Assembly: GCA_964188305.1 (NCBI GenBank)
Contig: OZ076886.1
DNA from: Podarcis bocagei
Lineage: Eukaryota
Length of the DNA: 64,000 nt
Reading direction: 5' to 3' (one strand)
Shown here: positions 1 to 12,750 of the stretch, one piece after another
Layout of the letters: each line of letters begins with the position of its first letter
Position numbering within the stretch: the stretch's first letter is position 1
Translations under genes and position numbers: made by a program
The notes under the pieces: generated by a model
Database searches by the model: none
Told to the model about the DNA's origin: nothing
The model's input: only the letters and a program-made list of their open reading frames with translations

Positions 1-1250
1 GTGCATCACAGCCTCAGTTTCAGCTGGAGAGCCATGATGTTACTAATTACAGCACTAATTTAGAAAATCATGTTCTGTGCACCGAAACTCCTGAATAGGA
101 AAGAAACAATTTATGCACAATCAAATCCATTATTTGATGCACACTATTTGCACTGCTCTGCCTAGTAATTAATTTAATTAGTGTTAACATACTAGGAATA
201 AATTGTGCTGCTTACTTCATGTTCTATCAAGTAAACAGTAGACAGCAACTACTCTGGAAGGAGGCATTGGCCCAGCAGTAGCATGTAAACCATCATAGAT
301 AAGTGACAATAAGCTTAAGTCGAATGCCACATGGAAATGTATTGGGCATTATTTATGATGACGTTCAGTACTTAACTGGCTGTTGTGTGTTGATTCAGTT
401 TATATTAGCTGTCTATGCAGCAATGCACCAATAGGCTGTGTAGGACTAAACTGTTCCCTTTATCCTCTTTCAGATTAATGACACAATTCACTGTCACTTT
501 CAACATAATTTTAAAGCCCTATTAAGGATACATTTCCAAGTGCTGCCCAAAGGGAAATTCAAGCCAGATGGATGAGTTTGTGATTATTTGCACTCATGAA
601 CATAAATATATTTTTAGATGTCTTTTTAAAATAGTTAATACAACCCATACAACCCAGGCCACCATACTGGGGCTTAATGCTATCATAGTCTGATTCACCT
701 GCTCACCCACTTTTATCACATCAAACGGTATTAAGTGGCTTCTGTTGGTCAAATTGTATAGTCGCAAGGTGCCCTTCCAGACCTTACTTGTATCTGTAGG
801 TTTACACCTGTGTGCTAGTACTAGAAACACAATATTCTGTCCATCATGGGAAAGGGGAATAGCCTCACTGTGGGATTAAAGCAATATTTCTGTTTATTAT
901 TTGTTTTTCAGTAAGGAGAGAAGTGCACTTCCTAGTTGGAGGGGTAAACAGCGTAGCTTTCAAAGCTTTTTTAAAAAGCCTTTTTTGTACCCAGACAGCT
1001 TAATCATAGTACATTCCAGTGTTGTTCCATATCTGGTAATGCAAGGGTTTTCAAAAATTGTCCCCCTCATTAAATGGCTGAAATCTGAAGACTAAGAAAT
1101 GTGTGACATGGTATTCCTTCTGTATGTAAACACACATCCTGGTTGAAGCAGCAGTATGATACACGATCATGTCTGTTGATTACCCACAAATTCACGGGAT
1201 AGTCTTAAGATCTGTCTATCTCATAACCCATGCTTGGAGTCATTTTAGAG

Positions 1251-1376
1251 CAGAAATGGGGAACCTGTAGCTCTCCAGATGTTATTGGACTTCATCTCTC
1301 ATCAGCCCCAAGCAGCATGGTATGATGGGAGTTGTAGTTCAGCAACATCTGGAGGGTCACAAATTCCCCATCTCTA
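1251..1376. mobile_element. Short palindromic hAT MITE
   Basis: Hairpin CTCCAGATGTT...AACATCTGGAG; TSD TTTTAGAG/TTTTAGAA. Related copies at ~28365-28500, 31179-31314, ~38410-38510 and ~43077-43197. Confidence 0.65.
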
Positions 1377-3078
1377 TTTTAGAACACACTCTCTGGCTGT
1401 GACAGGATTGAAGGAGCAATTATTCCCTCCACCATTATCTGTAACCATGTATTCCTTCCAACAGCATGTGAAGTGATTTGAAACAGCAAAAATGCTGTCT
1501 CATGACATGACCAACATTTCATGCTTTTTGTTCTAATTCACTTTCAATTACTGTGTTCTGTATTATTATTATTTATTTAATTAATTTATATACCTCCCTA
1601 TACCTGGGGGTATGTAGACCCATACATAATGCCATGCAAAAAATGTCTGACTTGCCAACTCCCCACGTATGAAGAATTTTGCTTCTTGGGTTGTACCTAA
1701 GATCCTTGGCTGGGACTGAGATTCTAATTTCCACAGCCGCTGTGAAGATTTATAAAGATTTATTTATGAAGATTTATTTAGACGTGGGATCCAGCTGAAT
1801 TGGCTTGGAATCCATTGCTTCCTCCCACAGAGAGGAAGATCAGACAGGCAGCAGAGATCATCTTTAATTTATCAATGGGCAGAAGCAAAGGAGCTCGTTC
1901 TGTCTAAAGAGCTGGATAAATAAGAAAGCCCTCCTCCTGGTGCTGCTCCTGCAGGTTCTTAATGAAGTTGAGCTGCTCAAATATTCACAGACCCAGATTT
2001 TATTTTATTATTTAAAAAATAAAGGCAAGGAGGAACAAAGAGTTCTGGTACAACATCCTTCTGTGCCTGATGTTTGGAGTGCTTGTTCTTGCTGGTTCAT
2101 GCATATCAAAGGAACTGACCACCAATGGGGAGCAGATAGGGTCCCCCCTCCCTACAAAGGTCTATTCAATAATATATCTTCCTTTCCATATTCATTACAG
2201 AGAGACAGAGGCTTTGCCCATGCGCTCATCAGCCTTTTCTGAACGTTCCCTGAATTAATTCTCTATTTTAGTGACTAGAAGGCATACTGAACAGGTGGGA
2301 GAGCTTTTTCAGGGCTACATTCCCATCAGGCAAACCTTGCGGGTGGGGTGGGGAATGCCAGTGGTGGGAGGAGCCGGGGCAACAAATAGAAATGTTCCCT
2401 TTGTATAGTAGGCTAGATTCTGTACACATACCTCTCTATCCTTCCCTCAGGCAAGCAAGGGGCATCGTGGGAGATCAAGGACATGGTCCAGCCAGGCAAA
2501 AGCACCCAAGCAGGGTGTGGAGCAGGGCTGATGAGGGTTGCCGCCTGGGGAGAGTCCAGATAGAGAAGCCCCGAAGGCCACATTCAGACCCCAGGTTGAA
2601 TGCTAGGGAAGAATATGGGATAGTTTAAAGTGGGTGCTGTGCATGCAAGATTCAGGTCATTTGTTTGGATTTTGAATCCAACATCTCCAGCATCTGGTTG
2701 CACTACCCCCATTGAGATCAATGGACCTATGTCCACTGAATTCAATGGGATACAATTCTGTATCCAAATCAGGTTGGGTTGGGACCATGCCTGTAAATTC
2801 CTGTTCTGCCTGCTTCACCACCTCTCCTTGCTATTCGTCAGGCCTGGGTTAACTCTGACATTGGCCACGGAGCGAGGGAAACACTCCTTAATACAGTCAT
2901 AGCTTGGAAGTCGAATAGCTTAGTTCCTGAACGTTTTGGCTCCTGAACATCGCAAACCCAGAAGTGACTGTTCCGGTTTGCCAACTATTTTTGGAAGCCG
3001 ACTTTTGGAAGCCAACTATTTTTGGAAGCCGAACATCCGACAGGGCTTCTGCAGCTTCCGATCAGAAGCCACTCTTTG

Positions 3079-3311
3079 TTTTTTTTAAAATAAGATATTT
3101 ATTAAGATTTTCAAAAGATTACAAAATAGTAAGAAAAAAAGAAAAATACAAAAAAATAAAAATAGCTAAAAACAATTCAGTCTTTCCATCACATGTTTTT
3201 CATTTGCTTATTTCCCGGACCTCCTCACGCCTCCCTTTTCCGTATTCCAGTTCAAATTGTTAATTCAGCAAATCCCTCCCCTCTTCATTCTCTTTGTCTT
3301 CAAATTTAAAA
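3079..3311 (-). mobile_element. L1-type 3' UTR stub inserted in a MITE
   Basis: Poly(T) on the plus strand; 18-bp TSD ATCAGAAGCCACTCTTTG at 3061-3078 and 3312-3329. Confidence 0.75.
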
Positions 3312-5389
3312 ATCAGAAGCCACTCTTTGATTTCCGAACATTTTGGAAGTCGAATGGACTTCCAGAATGGATTTTTCATTAATGATTTTATTGTATGCCG
3401 CAATCACGGTATATTTTAACGAGCTGGCAGTTTATAAATGTTCTTATAAATAAATAAATTACTCCCCCAAGTAAAAAACGTGGGAAGGCATTACTGCATA
3501 ATCTTCCTTTTATTATAGAATGCCCCCCCCAAGGGGGAAGGTGCTATCAGGCATTTTAAGAACCTGATAGTAATCAATGATGGGCAGACCCTTGAATTTG
3601 CCAGCTTCACCTGAAACAGTGTCCTGTTTCTGTGCCCTCCTCACACCTTGACCCTCAGCTTTTGCCCCAAAGGCCACCAGCACTTCAGTCTGCACAAAAT
3701 ATTCCAATATTGATTGTATCCCTCAGGCTCTCTTTTCTCCTCCTCCTCCTCCTCCTCCTCTTCTTACTCATTTCATTTCTATACCACTTTATATGTTTAA
3801 GGGGGGGGGGAATCTCAAAAGTGCTTCACAACCTACATGAAAACATTAAATAAAACAACTCAGAACAAAACATTACAGAAGAAAGTCAAATACAAAGCTA
3901 CATAATTCAAGGCTGCATAATTAACAGGAAACAAAAATATTATCTTAAAGATTGCAGAAGAAAACATCACTAAAGGAAGTCAAATGCAAAATGCACATTT
4001 AAATTAGCTTTTCATTTTTAATAACTGTTTTGTTTTTTTAAATGATGGAATGTTGTATTTTGTTTTGTGTTTCATATAAGGAAGAACAAGAGCCCTGCTT
4101 TTCTAAAGCACCCATGAATGTTGCTTGAGGGCCAATTTGCGGAGGTGGAGCTTTATTGGTTTATTCATTTGAGTGCTTGTTTGCTCTTCATCATAAGATC
4201 CCTTGGGAAATGCTTATATAAAAAGCAATTATTGTTTTCAAATTAAAACAAAAGTGGTTGCATCCAGCCTTAGAGGAGACTCCCTGAAATGAATGAACAT
4301 GCCAATTAATTTCAATAGGTCTGCTATCAGCACGACTAGCATTGGAGACAACCTAATGACACAAACCTCGCTGTTCATGAGTACTGTGAGGGCAACAGAA
4401 GGCAGCTAGTGGTTCTAGCCTCTTTTTACGCCTACTTTGCACCTCCAGCATCACTTTTCAGAAAGAAGCCTATCTGAGTGAGCTGTGCTGTCAATATCCT
4501 GTGAGAGAAGAGGATCCTTACCTTAATTTACTACTTCATGAAAATATGAAATATACGGGAAAATGGTATGCATCTTTGTTTGGCCAGGGGCCATGAATGT
4601 GGTAGGATTTGAGGTGCTCCTCCTACCAGGCCCCATGGAAAGCTTCCCATGATGTTCAGTGATGGTCAAATAAATGTGAAGTTTGCTGAGGGGGAGTGGT
4701 TATACTGTGGTGCCCAAGAAAAATGCCACCACTTAATGTTAGAGAGAAATGTTAGATAGCAAGGAAGAGAGGCAAAGAGCTTCAGAGACAGTCATCCTGG
4801 ACTGGAGGGAACTGATTACAGGGGTGGGATGGTAGTGAGGGTGACCTTTCAGGGCAAAGGATAATGTCACCAAATAGAGTTCACTTCATGATTAGCAAAG
4901 CAGGAGAAACGCAGGCAGCAAACCTTGGCTCTGTCTATTTAATCCATTGATTCTGCCAAGTGGCATTTTGTTCCACCACTCAGGGAGACAGTGATTGCAG
5001 CTTGGTGTTATCCAGAAATCAAGAGATTAAAGGACAGCAGCTTCTGCAGCTTCTCCACTGGCAACGAAGGCATGCTCTCTCTCTGACTCCCATCTGTTCT
5101 ATTATTACCAAGCAAATCTATGTCAGATGTGAACAGTGAAAAGGGAAACACGTGCCTCAATAGTTCCAAGTGAAAGATACCAGCTTACTTCATTGTACAA
5201 CAGGTCCAGCCCCCCCCCTTAAAGGGAGGCTATTTATGTGCTTTTTCTTTGTAATGCCATCAACAGGAATGTTAGAAGTTCCAGTTCTCAGCCCAGGTTT
5301 TATATAATGCCCACCCCTGAACATATCATTTACCATGCCTAAATAGCCTTAGTAATGCCAATAATGTCAGCATTACGGTATATATTATA

Positions 5390-6041
5390 CAGTGGCACCT
5401 CAGGTTAAGTACTTAATTCGTTCCGGAGGTCCGTACTTAACCTGAAACTGTTCTTAACCTGAAGACCACTTTAGCTAATGGGGCCTCCAGCCGCTGCCGC
5501 GCCGCCGGAGCACTATTTCTGTTCTCATCCTGAAGCAAAGTTCTTAACCTGAGGTAATAGAATCATAGAATCATAGAGTTGGAAGAGACCACAAGGGCCA
5601 TCGAGTCCAACCCCCTGCCAAGCAGGAAACACCATCAGAGCACTCCTGACATATGGTTGTCAAGCCTCTGCTTAAAGACCTCCAAAGTAGGAGACTCCAC
5701 CACACTCCTTGGCAGCAAATTCCACTGTCGAACAGCTCTTACTGTCAGGAAGTTCTTCCTAATGTTTAGGTGGAATCTTCTTTCTTGTAGTTTGGATCCA
5801 TTGCTCCGTGTCCGCTTCTCTGGAGCAGCAGAAAACAACCTTTCTCCCTCCTCTATGTGACATCCTTTTATATATTTGAACATGGCTATCATATCACCCC
5901 TTAACCTCCTCTTCTCCAGGCTAAACATGCTCCTCTTCTCCAGGCTAAACATCCTCAAGTTGCCATAATAGTTCTGGGTTAGTGGAGTCCGTAACCTGAA
6001 GCGTATGTAACCTGAAGCGTATGTAACCTGAGGTACCACTG
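5390..6041. mobile_element. Tc1/mariner-type MITE (CAGTGGTACCTC family) interrupted by CR1
   Basis: TIRs CAGTGG(C/T)ACCTCAGGTT with TA TSDs; homologous to the copies at 7615, 22776 and 33047. Confidence 0.85.
5561..5965 (-). mobile_element. 5'-truncated CR1 LINE
   Basis: Minus strand encodes MFSLEKRRLRGDMIAMFKYIKGCH...KLQERRFHLNIRKNFLTVRAVRQWN. Has an (ATTCTATG)n tail and a TAATAG duplication at 5555-5560 and 5966-5971. Confidence 0.9.
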
Positions 6042-6101
6042 TATGTTAACATTGCACCTCAGGGTGTCCGGATGAAAAGTGGGTCCTCGCAAAGTGTAGC
6101 T

Positions 6102-6367
6102 CAGGGGTTGGCAAGGTTTATCTTGCCTGGGACGGATCGGTCCTGAGGAGATCCCTCCATGGGCCAGATTGCGTGTGCGTGCGAGCGTCCACGCCCACAA
6201 TTTTTGGCGTCTGTGGGCGTGCAGATACAATTTCTGGTGCCGCAGAAGCGAGTCCCTGCACCGTGCTGTGCCGGCTTAGCGCAGTACATGAACGGGCAGC
6301 TCATGGGCCGGTCAAACGACCTCCACAGGCCACTTCCAGCCCATGGGCCTTAGGTTGCTGACCCCTG
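6102..6367. mobile_element. hAT MITE
   Basis: CAGGGGTTGGCAA ... TTGCTGACCCCTG; 8-bp TSD GTGTAGCT/GTGTAGCG (7 of 8 match). Confidence 0.75.
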
Positions 6368-7614
6368 GTGTAGCGCCACAAAATAAAGTTGTGACCATGA
6401 CACTTTTATACGGAATTGGCCCTCGTTTTCTGTCATGCTGTTTCTGTCCAGACCAAGTTGAAGGACACAAGCTTGCCTCGGAGTGTGCAGAAAATCAATG
6501 TGATGTGAGTTCAAATCCATGGTCCGCTTCAGTGATGGTAAACAACTCCAGATCACAGGATTCAGCTAATTTGATTTGCACATTAACACTTGCTCTTTCG
6601 GTACTGCCTCCATGCCAATCCAATACCTTTTATGGACAATGTTAATCAGGGCTGGCATGAACACTCACAGCAACCTTGGGCAGCCTACAGCTGCATTGGC
6701 CTTGGTGCCACCTGTTCTCCTATCCATGGACTTATCTGGCAACAGTGGCTAGGTCTGGAAAGCTTCCCATGATGTTAAATTTCTCACAGTGCTCCAGTGC
6801 TGCCAGATAAACTCATGAAGGAATGGAGTAGGTGGGAGTGAGGAGAACCAGCAGAGGAGTCCTGAAAGGAGAGGAACCTCCACAAACCAGGGGCTCCCTC
6901 AGATACCACTTTGCCTTGGGCCTCCCAAACATCACTGTTTCTCTAGTGTTCATAAAGAAATAGCACATTTTATCACCTGCTACCATCCATGAATTCTTCC
7001 TCAGACTTGGCCTCCATTTCACCCCTGCTCAGACTGCATGTACCTAAAAAATCTCTAGTCTTCGGATGCCAGAAATGCATTGCTCAAGTTGCCATGACAG
7101 CCCGTGATTTGATAGTAGTTAAGGAATCTCTGCATACAATGCATAATTCTAAATACGATATTTGGATGTGAATGAGTTACCAGTGCTATGAAGATCTGTT
7201 TATGATTGAATTGCATCAGGGGAACATATTCATGGCACATGTAAAAAGCCAGTTTAGTCTAGTGGCTGATTTAGACTTAGGATCAAATCATAAATATTAC
7301 GAATGATGAAATGCGCAATTTTGTTCATGGCACTGAAACCATAAAATATATATTTATTTTTTGCAGTAGAGAAACTACCTAATCCACATGGTAGGTTGTC
7401 TCACAAGAATGGTTTGTTCTATGAAGATAACCACTACAGAGTTATCTCTAATACATTTCTATGCATGTCTGCTCAGAAGTAAGCCTCAATGAGTTGAGTG
7501 GGACTTACTCCCTTACAAAGCATATAAGATTACGGCCTTACGGAGTCACATGGCAACAATTTTGTGTTTACCAGCATTTACTTTCAGCTGACACCTTTTA
7601 GCACAACTGAATTA

Positions 7615-7845
7615 CAGTGGTACCTCGGGTTAAGAACCCGAGGTCTGTTCTGGAGGTCTGTTCTTAACCTGAAACAGTTCTTAACCTGAAGCACCACTTT
7701 AGCTAATGAGGCCTCCTGTTGTTGCTGCCGCGCCGCCGGAGCACGATTTCTGTTCTCATCCTGAAGCAAAGTTCTTAACCCGAGGTACTATTTCTGGGTT
7801 AGCGGAGTCTGTAACCTGAAGCGTCTGTAACCTGAGGTACCACTG
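7615..7845. mobile_element. Tc1/mariner-type MITE (CAGTGGTACCTC family)
   Basis: TIRs and TA TSDs; ~230 bp. Confidence 0.85.
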
Positions 7846-8215
7846 TATTGCAGTTCTTCTGTGAGCTACATGCAGAGCTGCAACTAACTTTCCAATATTT
7901 TGAGGAAGAGAAATCTCTGCCTCTTGCTGTATTACATTCACACAGGCATCAGACCACTTACAATGCACTAATGTTAGAAGTATATTGATTTGTAAATTCA
8001 CTTTTTAAATTTGAGGTAAAATACTGGCTATAAGCGTGTGCTGAAATGCAGAGGTATAGCAATAGTCAGTGCTTTTTTCTAGAAAATAAGGTACAGGAAT
8101 TCATTGAGAACAGACCTTTGTACTAGTAGTACTGGTGACTTCCCATTTATGTGGGGGTTCTGTTCCAGAACCACATATAATTGTGTATAATGGAGCACTC
8201 TAGTGGCTCAAAGAG

Positions 8216-8593
8216 AAAGGTAAAAAGGTAAAGGACCCCTGGACGGTTAAGTCCAGTCAAAGGCGACTATGGGGTTGTGGGGCTCATCTTGCTTTCAGGC
8301 CAAGGGAGCCAACGTTTATCCACAGCCAGCTTTCTGGGTCATGCAGCCAGCATGACTAAACCGCTTCTGGCGCAACGGAACACCGTGACAGAAACCAGAG
8401 CGCATGGAAATGCCATTTACCTTTCCACCACAGTGGTACCTATTTATCTACTTGCACTGGTGTGCATTTGAACTGCTAGGTTAGCAGAAGCTGGGACAGA
8501 GCAACAGGAGCTCACCCCGTCGCGGGGATTCAAACTGCTGTTCTTCAGATCGGCAGGCCCAAGAGGCTCAGTGGTTTAAACCACAATGCCACC
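8216..8593 (+). mobile_element. Sauria SINE
   Basis: Characteristic head AAAGGTAAAGG(G)ACCCCTGGACGGTTAAGTCCAGTC, body GGTCATG..GCCAGCATGACT and GGTACCTATTTATCTACT; flanked by a CAAAGAG repeat. Confidence 0.8.
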
Positions 8594-10242
8594 AAAGAGC
8601 TCCCAAAGAGCCCAAAGAAGCCTCCCTGTGTATCAGCTCTGCAAGCTGCCCTGTCCCTATGGCGGGCGTGCCCCAGCTAGGCAGGGAGTCTCCTGGACCA
8701 GCAGAACTGATATGCAAGGAGGTTTCATCCCACATGTCAGCTATGCTGGTCCCATGAGCCAGAGGCACGGTGGGGCTAGAGGTTCCAGAACTGCATTCTG
8801 GAGCGTTCTAGTTAAAAAAAAAAAAAGCCCTGGGCAATAGTCTTTCTCAGGAAGCTGTGCCCACATACTGTACCTGTGGAGACTGTGCTATGAATCTTTT
8901 ATTTCCTCACAAGCCTGATTTTCTGAGCTATGAAAAGAGATGAAAGTACCACTGGGAAGACACAGGAAGCCTGCAATATGATGGTGATTTGGTAACATAG
9001 AGGTCTGTTTGTATCTATGTTTTTTATATATCTATAGTGGATGAAGAGCAGCAATTCCAGGGTAAACACCTAGAGTGGAAGCACCCTTAGTTTTCCAGCA
9101 TGAACTAGTTTTGCTTGAGGCAGATGAAGCCCTATATTAAGCCCTGAGCTTGTAATTTCAGAGTAATTTCAGAGAATTTCAGAATCAAGTCCAGCAGCCT
9201 TTCCTTTTCAATAAATTGGTTTCCTGTACCTCAGAGTGGCTATTCCTCCAGAAGGCACTTCCCTAGAAAGGGAACCACAGAGCCTCCAGATTAGCCTAGT
9301 ATCTGTGTCAGGCTGACATTGTGTCACATTCTGTCTCTGGGAGTTCTCAAAAATAGCTCTCATTCTTTCAAATGATGTTGCATAACAGCCTCCCTATCTA
9401 GCAAATCATCCTTCCTTGTTCCAGCGGTGAATGCCCATGAGTGAGTGCTCTCTATGCATTTGTGTTAGGGAAATGACACTCTCTGAAATCTACCTTCAGA
9501 CAGAAGCACCTGCTTCCATAACTAGGACTCCAGGGAATCACTGTGTAACGAAATCCAAGATTAGCTGGTGATGTGGTGCTAGCTTTCACAAGGCCAATGT
9601 GAAGTGAGATACCAAGGCAGGTTCATTTTCTCACATGCCCCTGAAATGAATTGCTTTTCTGATACAGCTCTGAAGAGGAAATTCATATTTAATTATTTGG
9701 TTGTTTTACTGTCTTATAACCTACCTACCTATTTCTCTCTTTTTAATAAATTGTGTCAATCCTGAGCACAGTGTTCACAAAATTGATTGGGGAATGGAAT
9801 TTATTAAAGTTAAGAATATGTCAAAAAACCTGCCACTTTCCCCACAATTTCTGCTTCATTCTTAACTTGGAAAATGGCTCTTTATGATGTTCTCATATTG
9901 GCCTCTCACAAGAAGTTCACTTGAATCCTGATGTGCTCAACAATAAGTAGTTTTCTGTCCCAATTCATTTAAAATTATTCCTGGCTGCATCAACAGAAGT
10001 ATAGTGTCCAGATCAAAGGAAATAATAATACCGCTCTATTCTGTCTTGGACAGAACACATCTCAAATACTGTGTCTAGTTCTAGTTTAAGAAGGATATTG
10101 ACAAGCTGGAACGTGTGCAGAGGAGGGCAACCAAGATTATCAAAGGTCTGGAAACCAAGCCTTATGAGGAATGGTTGAAGGAGCTGGCTATGCTTGGTCC
10201 GGAGAAGAGGAGACTGAGAGATTTGTTGGCTATCTTCAAATA

Positions 10243-10603
10243 CAGTGGTGCCTCGCAAGACGAAATTAATCCGTTCTGCGAGCCTCTTCGTCTAGCGGTT
10301 TTTTCGTCTTGCGAAGCAACCCTATTAGCGGCTTAGCGGATTAGCGCTATTAGCGATTTAGCGGCTATTAAAGGCTTAGCGGCTATTAAAGGCTTAGCGG
10401 CTATTAAAGGCTTAGCGGATTAGCGGCTAAAAGGCTAGAAAAAGGGGGGGAGCGGGGAAAAATCGGAACACTTGCAAGACGTTTTCGTCTTGCAAAGCAA
10501 GCCCATAGGGAAAATCGTCTTGCGAAGCAGCTCAAAAACGGAAAACCCTTTCGTCTAGCGGGTTTTCCGTCTTGTGAGGCATTCGTCTTGCGGGGCACCA
10601 CTG
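10243..10603. mobile_element. Tc1/mariner (Tigger/pogo-like) MITE with an internal tandem repeat
   Basis: TIR CAGTGGTGCC(T/C)CGCAAGACGAA at both ends, TA TSDs, and an internal (TTAGCGGCTATTAAAGGC)n array at ~10325-10435. Confidence 0.85.
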
Positions 10604-10811
10604 TATCTAAGGCAGTGTTTCCCAACCGGTGTTCCGCGGCACAGTAGTGTGCCGCCGGACGTTGCCTAGTGTTCCGCGTGGAGGCGGCCGAGTCGGGCGG
10701 TGAGAGGCGGGGCGGCGGCGGCGAGCACACGCGGGGCTGCGAGCGAGCGAGCTCCCATATCCCATCGCCGCTCGCTACTGGCCCTGCGCATCCGCTCGCT
10801 ACTGGGCCTGC

Positions 10812-11015
10812 CCCAGGAGGTGGGGTTGCGGGGAATCCCATCCGGGGAATCCCATCCGCCCCCACGTGAGGGGGAGTCCCATCTCAGCCCCCGCGAGAGC
10901 AGGGGAATCCCATCCGGCCACGCCTCCTGGCCAGCCAATCGGCTGGCTGGAGGGGGCGTGGCTTGCCCTTTTTAGGGCCGGAGCAGAGGGGGCTCGCCCT
11001 CTCTTCTCCGGCTAG
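10812..11015 (+). promoter_or_regulatory. Promoter-like GC-rich cargo: clustered kappaB-like sites, E-box, CCAAT and GC boxes
   Basis: GGGGAATCCC at 10830, 10844 and 10902; GGGGAGTCCC at 10871; CACGTG at 10863; CCAAT at 10935; GGGGGCGTGGC at 10952. Confidence 0.5.
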
Positions 11016-11106
11016 CCCCATCGCCGCTCGCTATCGCCGCTCGCTACTGGGCCTGCGCCTGCTCGGCAAGCACACGTGGGGCGGCGAGCGAGCGAGCTCC
11101 CACATC

Positions 11107-11314
11107 TGACGGCACCAAGCAGGGGCCCTTGGCCGTGCCGGTGCCCACCGTGCCCGCCTCCGCCCAGGAGGGCGGCAAGCAGCCACCGCCACCCCCGCCG
11201 CTGCCCGGCAACCGCGCCGCCACCCCCGGCTACCCGCGGCGGGTGATCGTGCAGGCTTCGACGGGCGAGCTGCTCCGCTGCCTGGGGGACTTCGTGTGCC
11301 GCTGCTGCTACCAC
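11107..11314 (+). pseudogene. CDK5R2: Captured internal coding fragment of CDK5 activator p39
   Basis: Translates [16 protein letters not shown]...[10 protein letters not shown]...[27 protein letters not shown], matching recalled CDK5R2 ([10 protein letters not shown]; [26 protein letters not shown]). No start codon, truncated, and inside the hAT TIRs. Confidence 0.9.
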
Positions 11315-11949
11315 ATCGCCGCTCGCTACTGGGCCTGCGCGTGCGCGATCGCGCCTTCGGGATTCCCTTCAGCAGGCATCAAGCAGCCTGCCTCCCTGCT
11401 TTTTCTAATTAAGGGAACCTCCACTCTCCTGCCCCTCGGTGTTTCTCACCCCAAAGCCTTGTGGGCAGCAGGAAGTGGGGCTGTCCTGCCTCTACCCCAC
11501 GCCGGGTGGCTGCTGACACGTCCCTTGGGCAGGAGAGGCATCCGGCTGGATGAAGGCAGCGACGCCGGGGGAACGGAACAGCACGGCAGGTGTGAGTTGG
11601 CGCCTGGAAGGACACAGACTGCTTCATGTAGCTGCATTCAACAGCTCCGAGGCTGGCAGGTGAGTGCGTGCACTCCTCTCTCTCATTTTATTTAATGTGC
11701 ATTTTAGAAGCATGTGGAAATATCCTGCGTCGTCAACCACTTTGGGGAAAGTGTGCGTGTGTGTGTTTGGGGCTAGATTTCATGCATGCCTTTTTTTTTT
11801 AAGTTCTCTTCCTGCTTCATCCACATTCACCCCCCAAAAGGCCATTTTCTGTGTGCTGAATAAATTATGCAACTCAAACGGCACGAGGTGCCAATGCATC
11901 GGGGCTGTGGAATTTATTCTGCTTGCAGAATTCTGCAACTCAACCGCAT

Positions 11950-12145
11950 TTTGATGTTTAAATGTTGTATTTTTATCTTGTTTTTAAGTTATATTTCAAT
12001 CAACCTGTTTTTTATTATTGTTTTTATTTCAGTCGACTTATTTTTTATTTTTTATTATATTTCAGTCGACTTGTTTTTTAATTTGTTGTTAGCCGCCCTG
12101 AGCCCAGTCTTGGCTGGGGAGGGCGGGGTATAAATAAAATTTATT
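11950..12145 (+). mobile_element. LINE-like (L2-type) 3' tail embedded in the hAT 5' arm
   Basis: T-rich tract, then GTTAGCCGCCCTGAGCCC...GGGAGGGCGGGGTATAAATAAA. Confidence 0.5.
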
Positions 12146-12750
12146 TGGGAAAGATGGTTTAGGTATGTCCAAGCAGGCTTGATAGCAAAAACTGTTTCTC
12201 ACAAACTTAACAGCGTATACAGACAGTGGCCTTATTACAGTCTTTTTCAACCGCTGTTAGTGTTTTTCAACCTTTTTAGGTTTTCTGTAAACTGGGGAAC
12301 ACATCCATGTTGGAAGTTCAATTCCTTGCTTAGCCATGAAGCTCAATGGAAATTGCCTTGCTCTTGCCCTCTCTAATCCAGTGTTTCTCAACCGCTGTTC
12401 CGCGGCAGTGCCTCGGGGACCTCGTGGCTTCCGCTATTGCGTGTGCTGCCGTCACTCTTCCCGCCATTCCCATGTATAATTCGTGCCCGTAATACAGGCA
12501 GTAAGAACTGTTCTGTATAACGACTACCCCGCCTCTCCCACCCCATATAAGCCCATTTTTTTTCCTTTGCAGAAATGAGCCGCTGAATTGAGCTCACACA
12601 GTATGCATGTTTTTGCCTGGCTGTGATTGGTCCGGACTCAAGCCTTGACCTATCACAGTGGGACATCATCTTCCGACTTCCTTCCCGCCCGAGCACAGAG
12701 ACCAGGACCCAGCGGGAGTCGGCACCGCAGAGAGGCCGGATACTGGAGTG

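Noticed and set aside
10724-11340. CRISPR array
   Set aside because: Eukaryotic context, few irregular repeats, ~200-bp spacers and no cas genes; the resemblance is architectural only.
11129-11695. 188-aa ORF as a real CDK5R2 gene
   Set aside because: Non-ATG start; homology ends at ~11314 where the subterminal repeat resumes.
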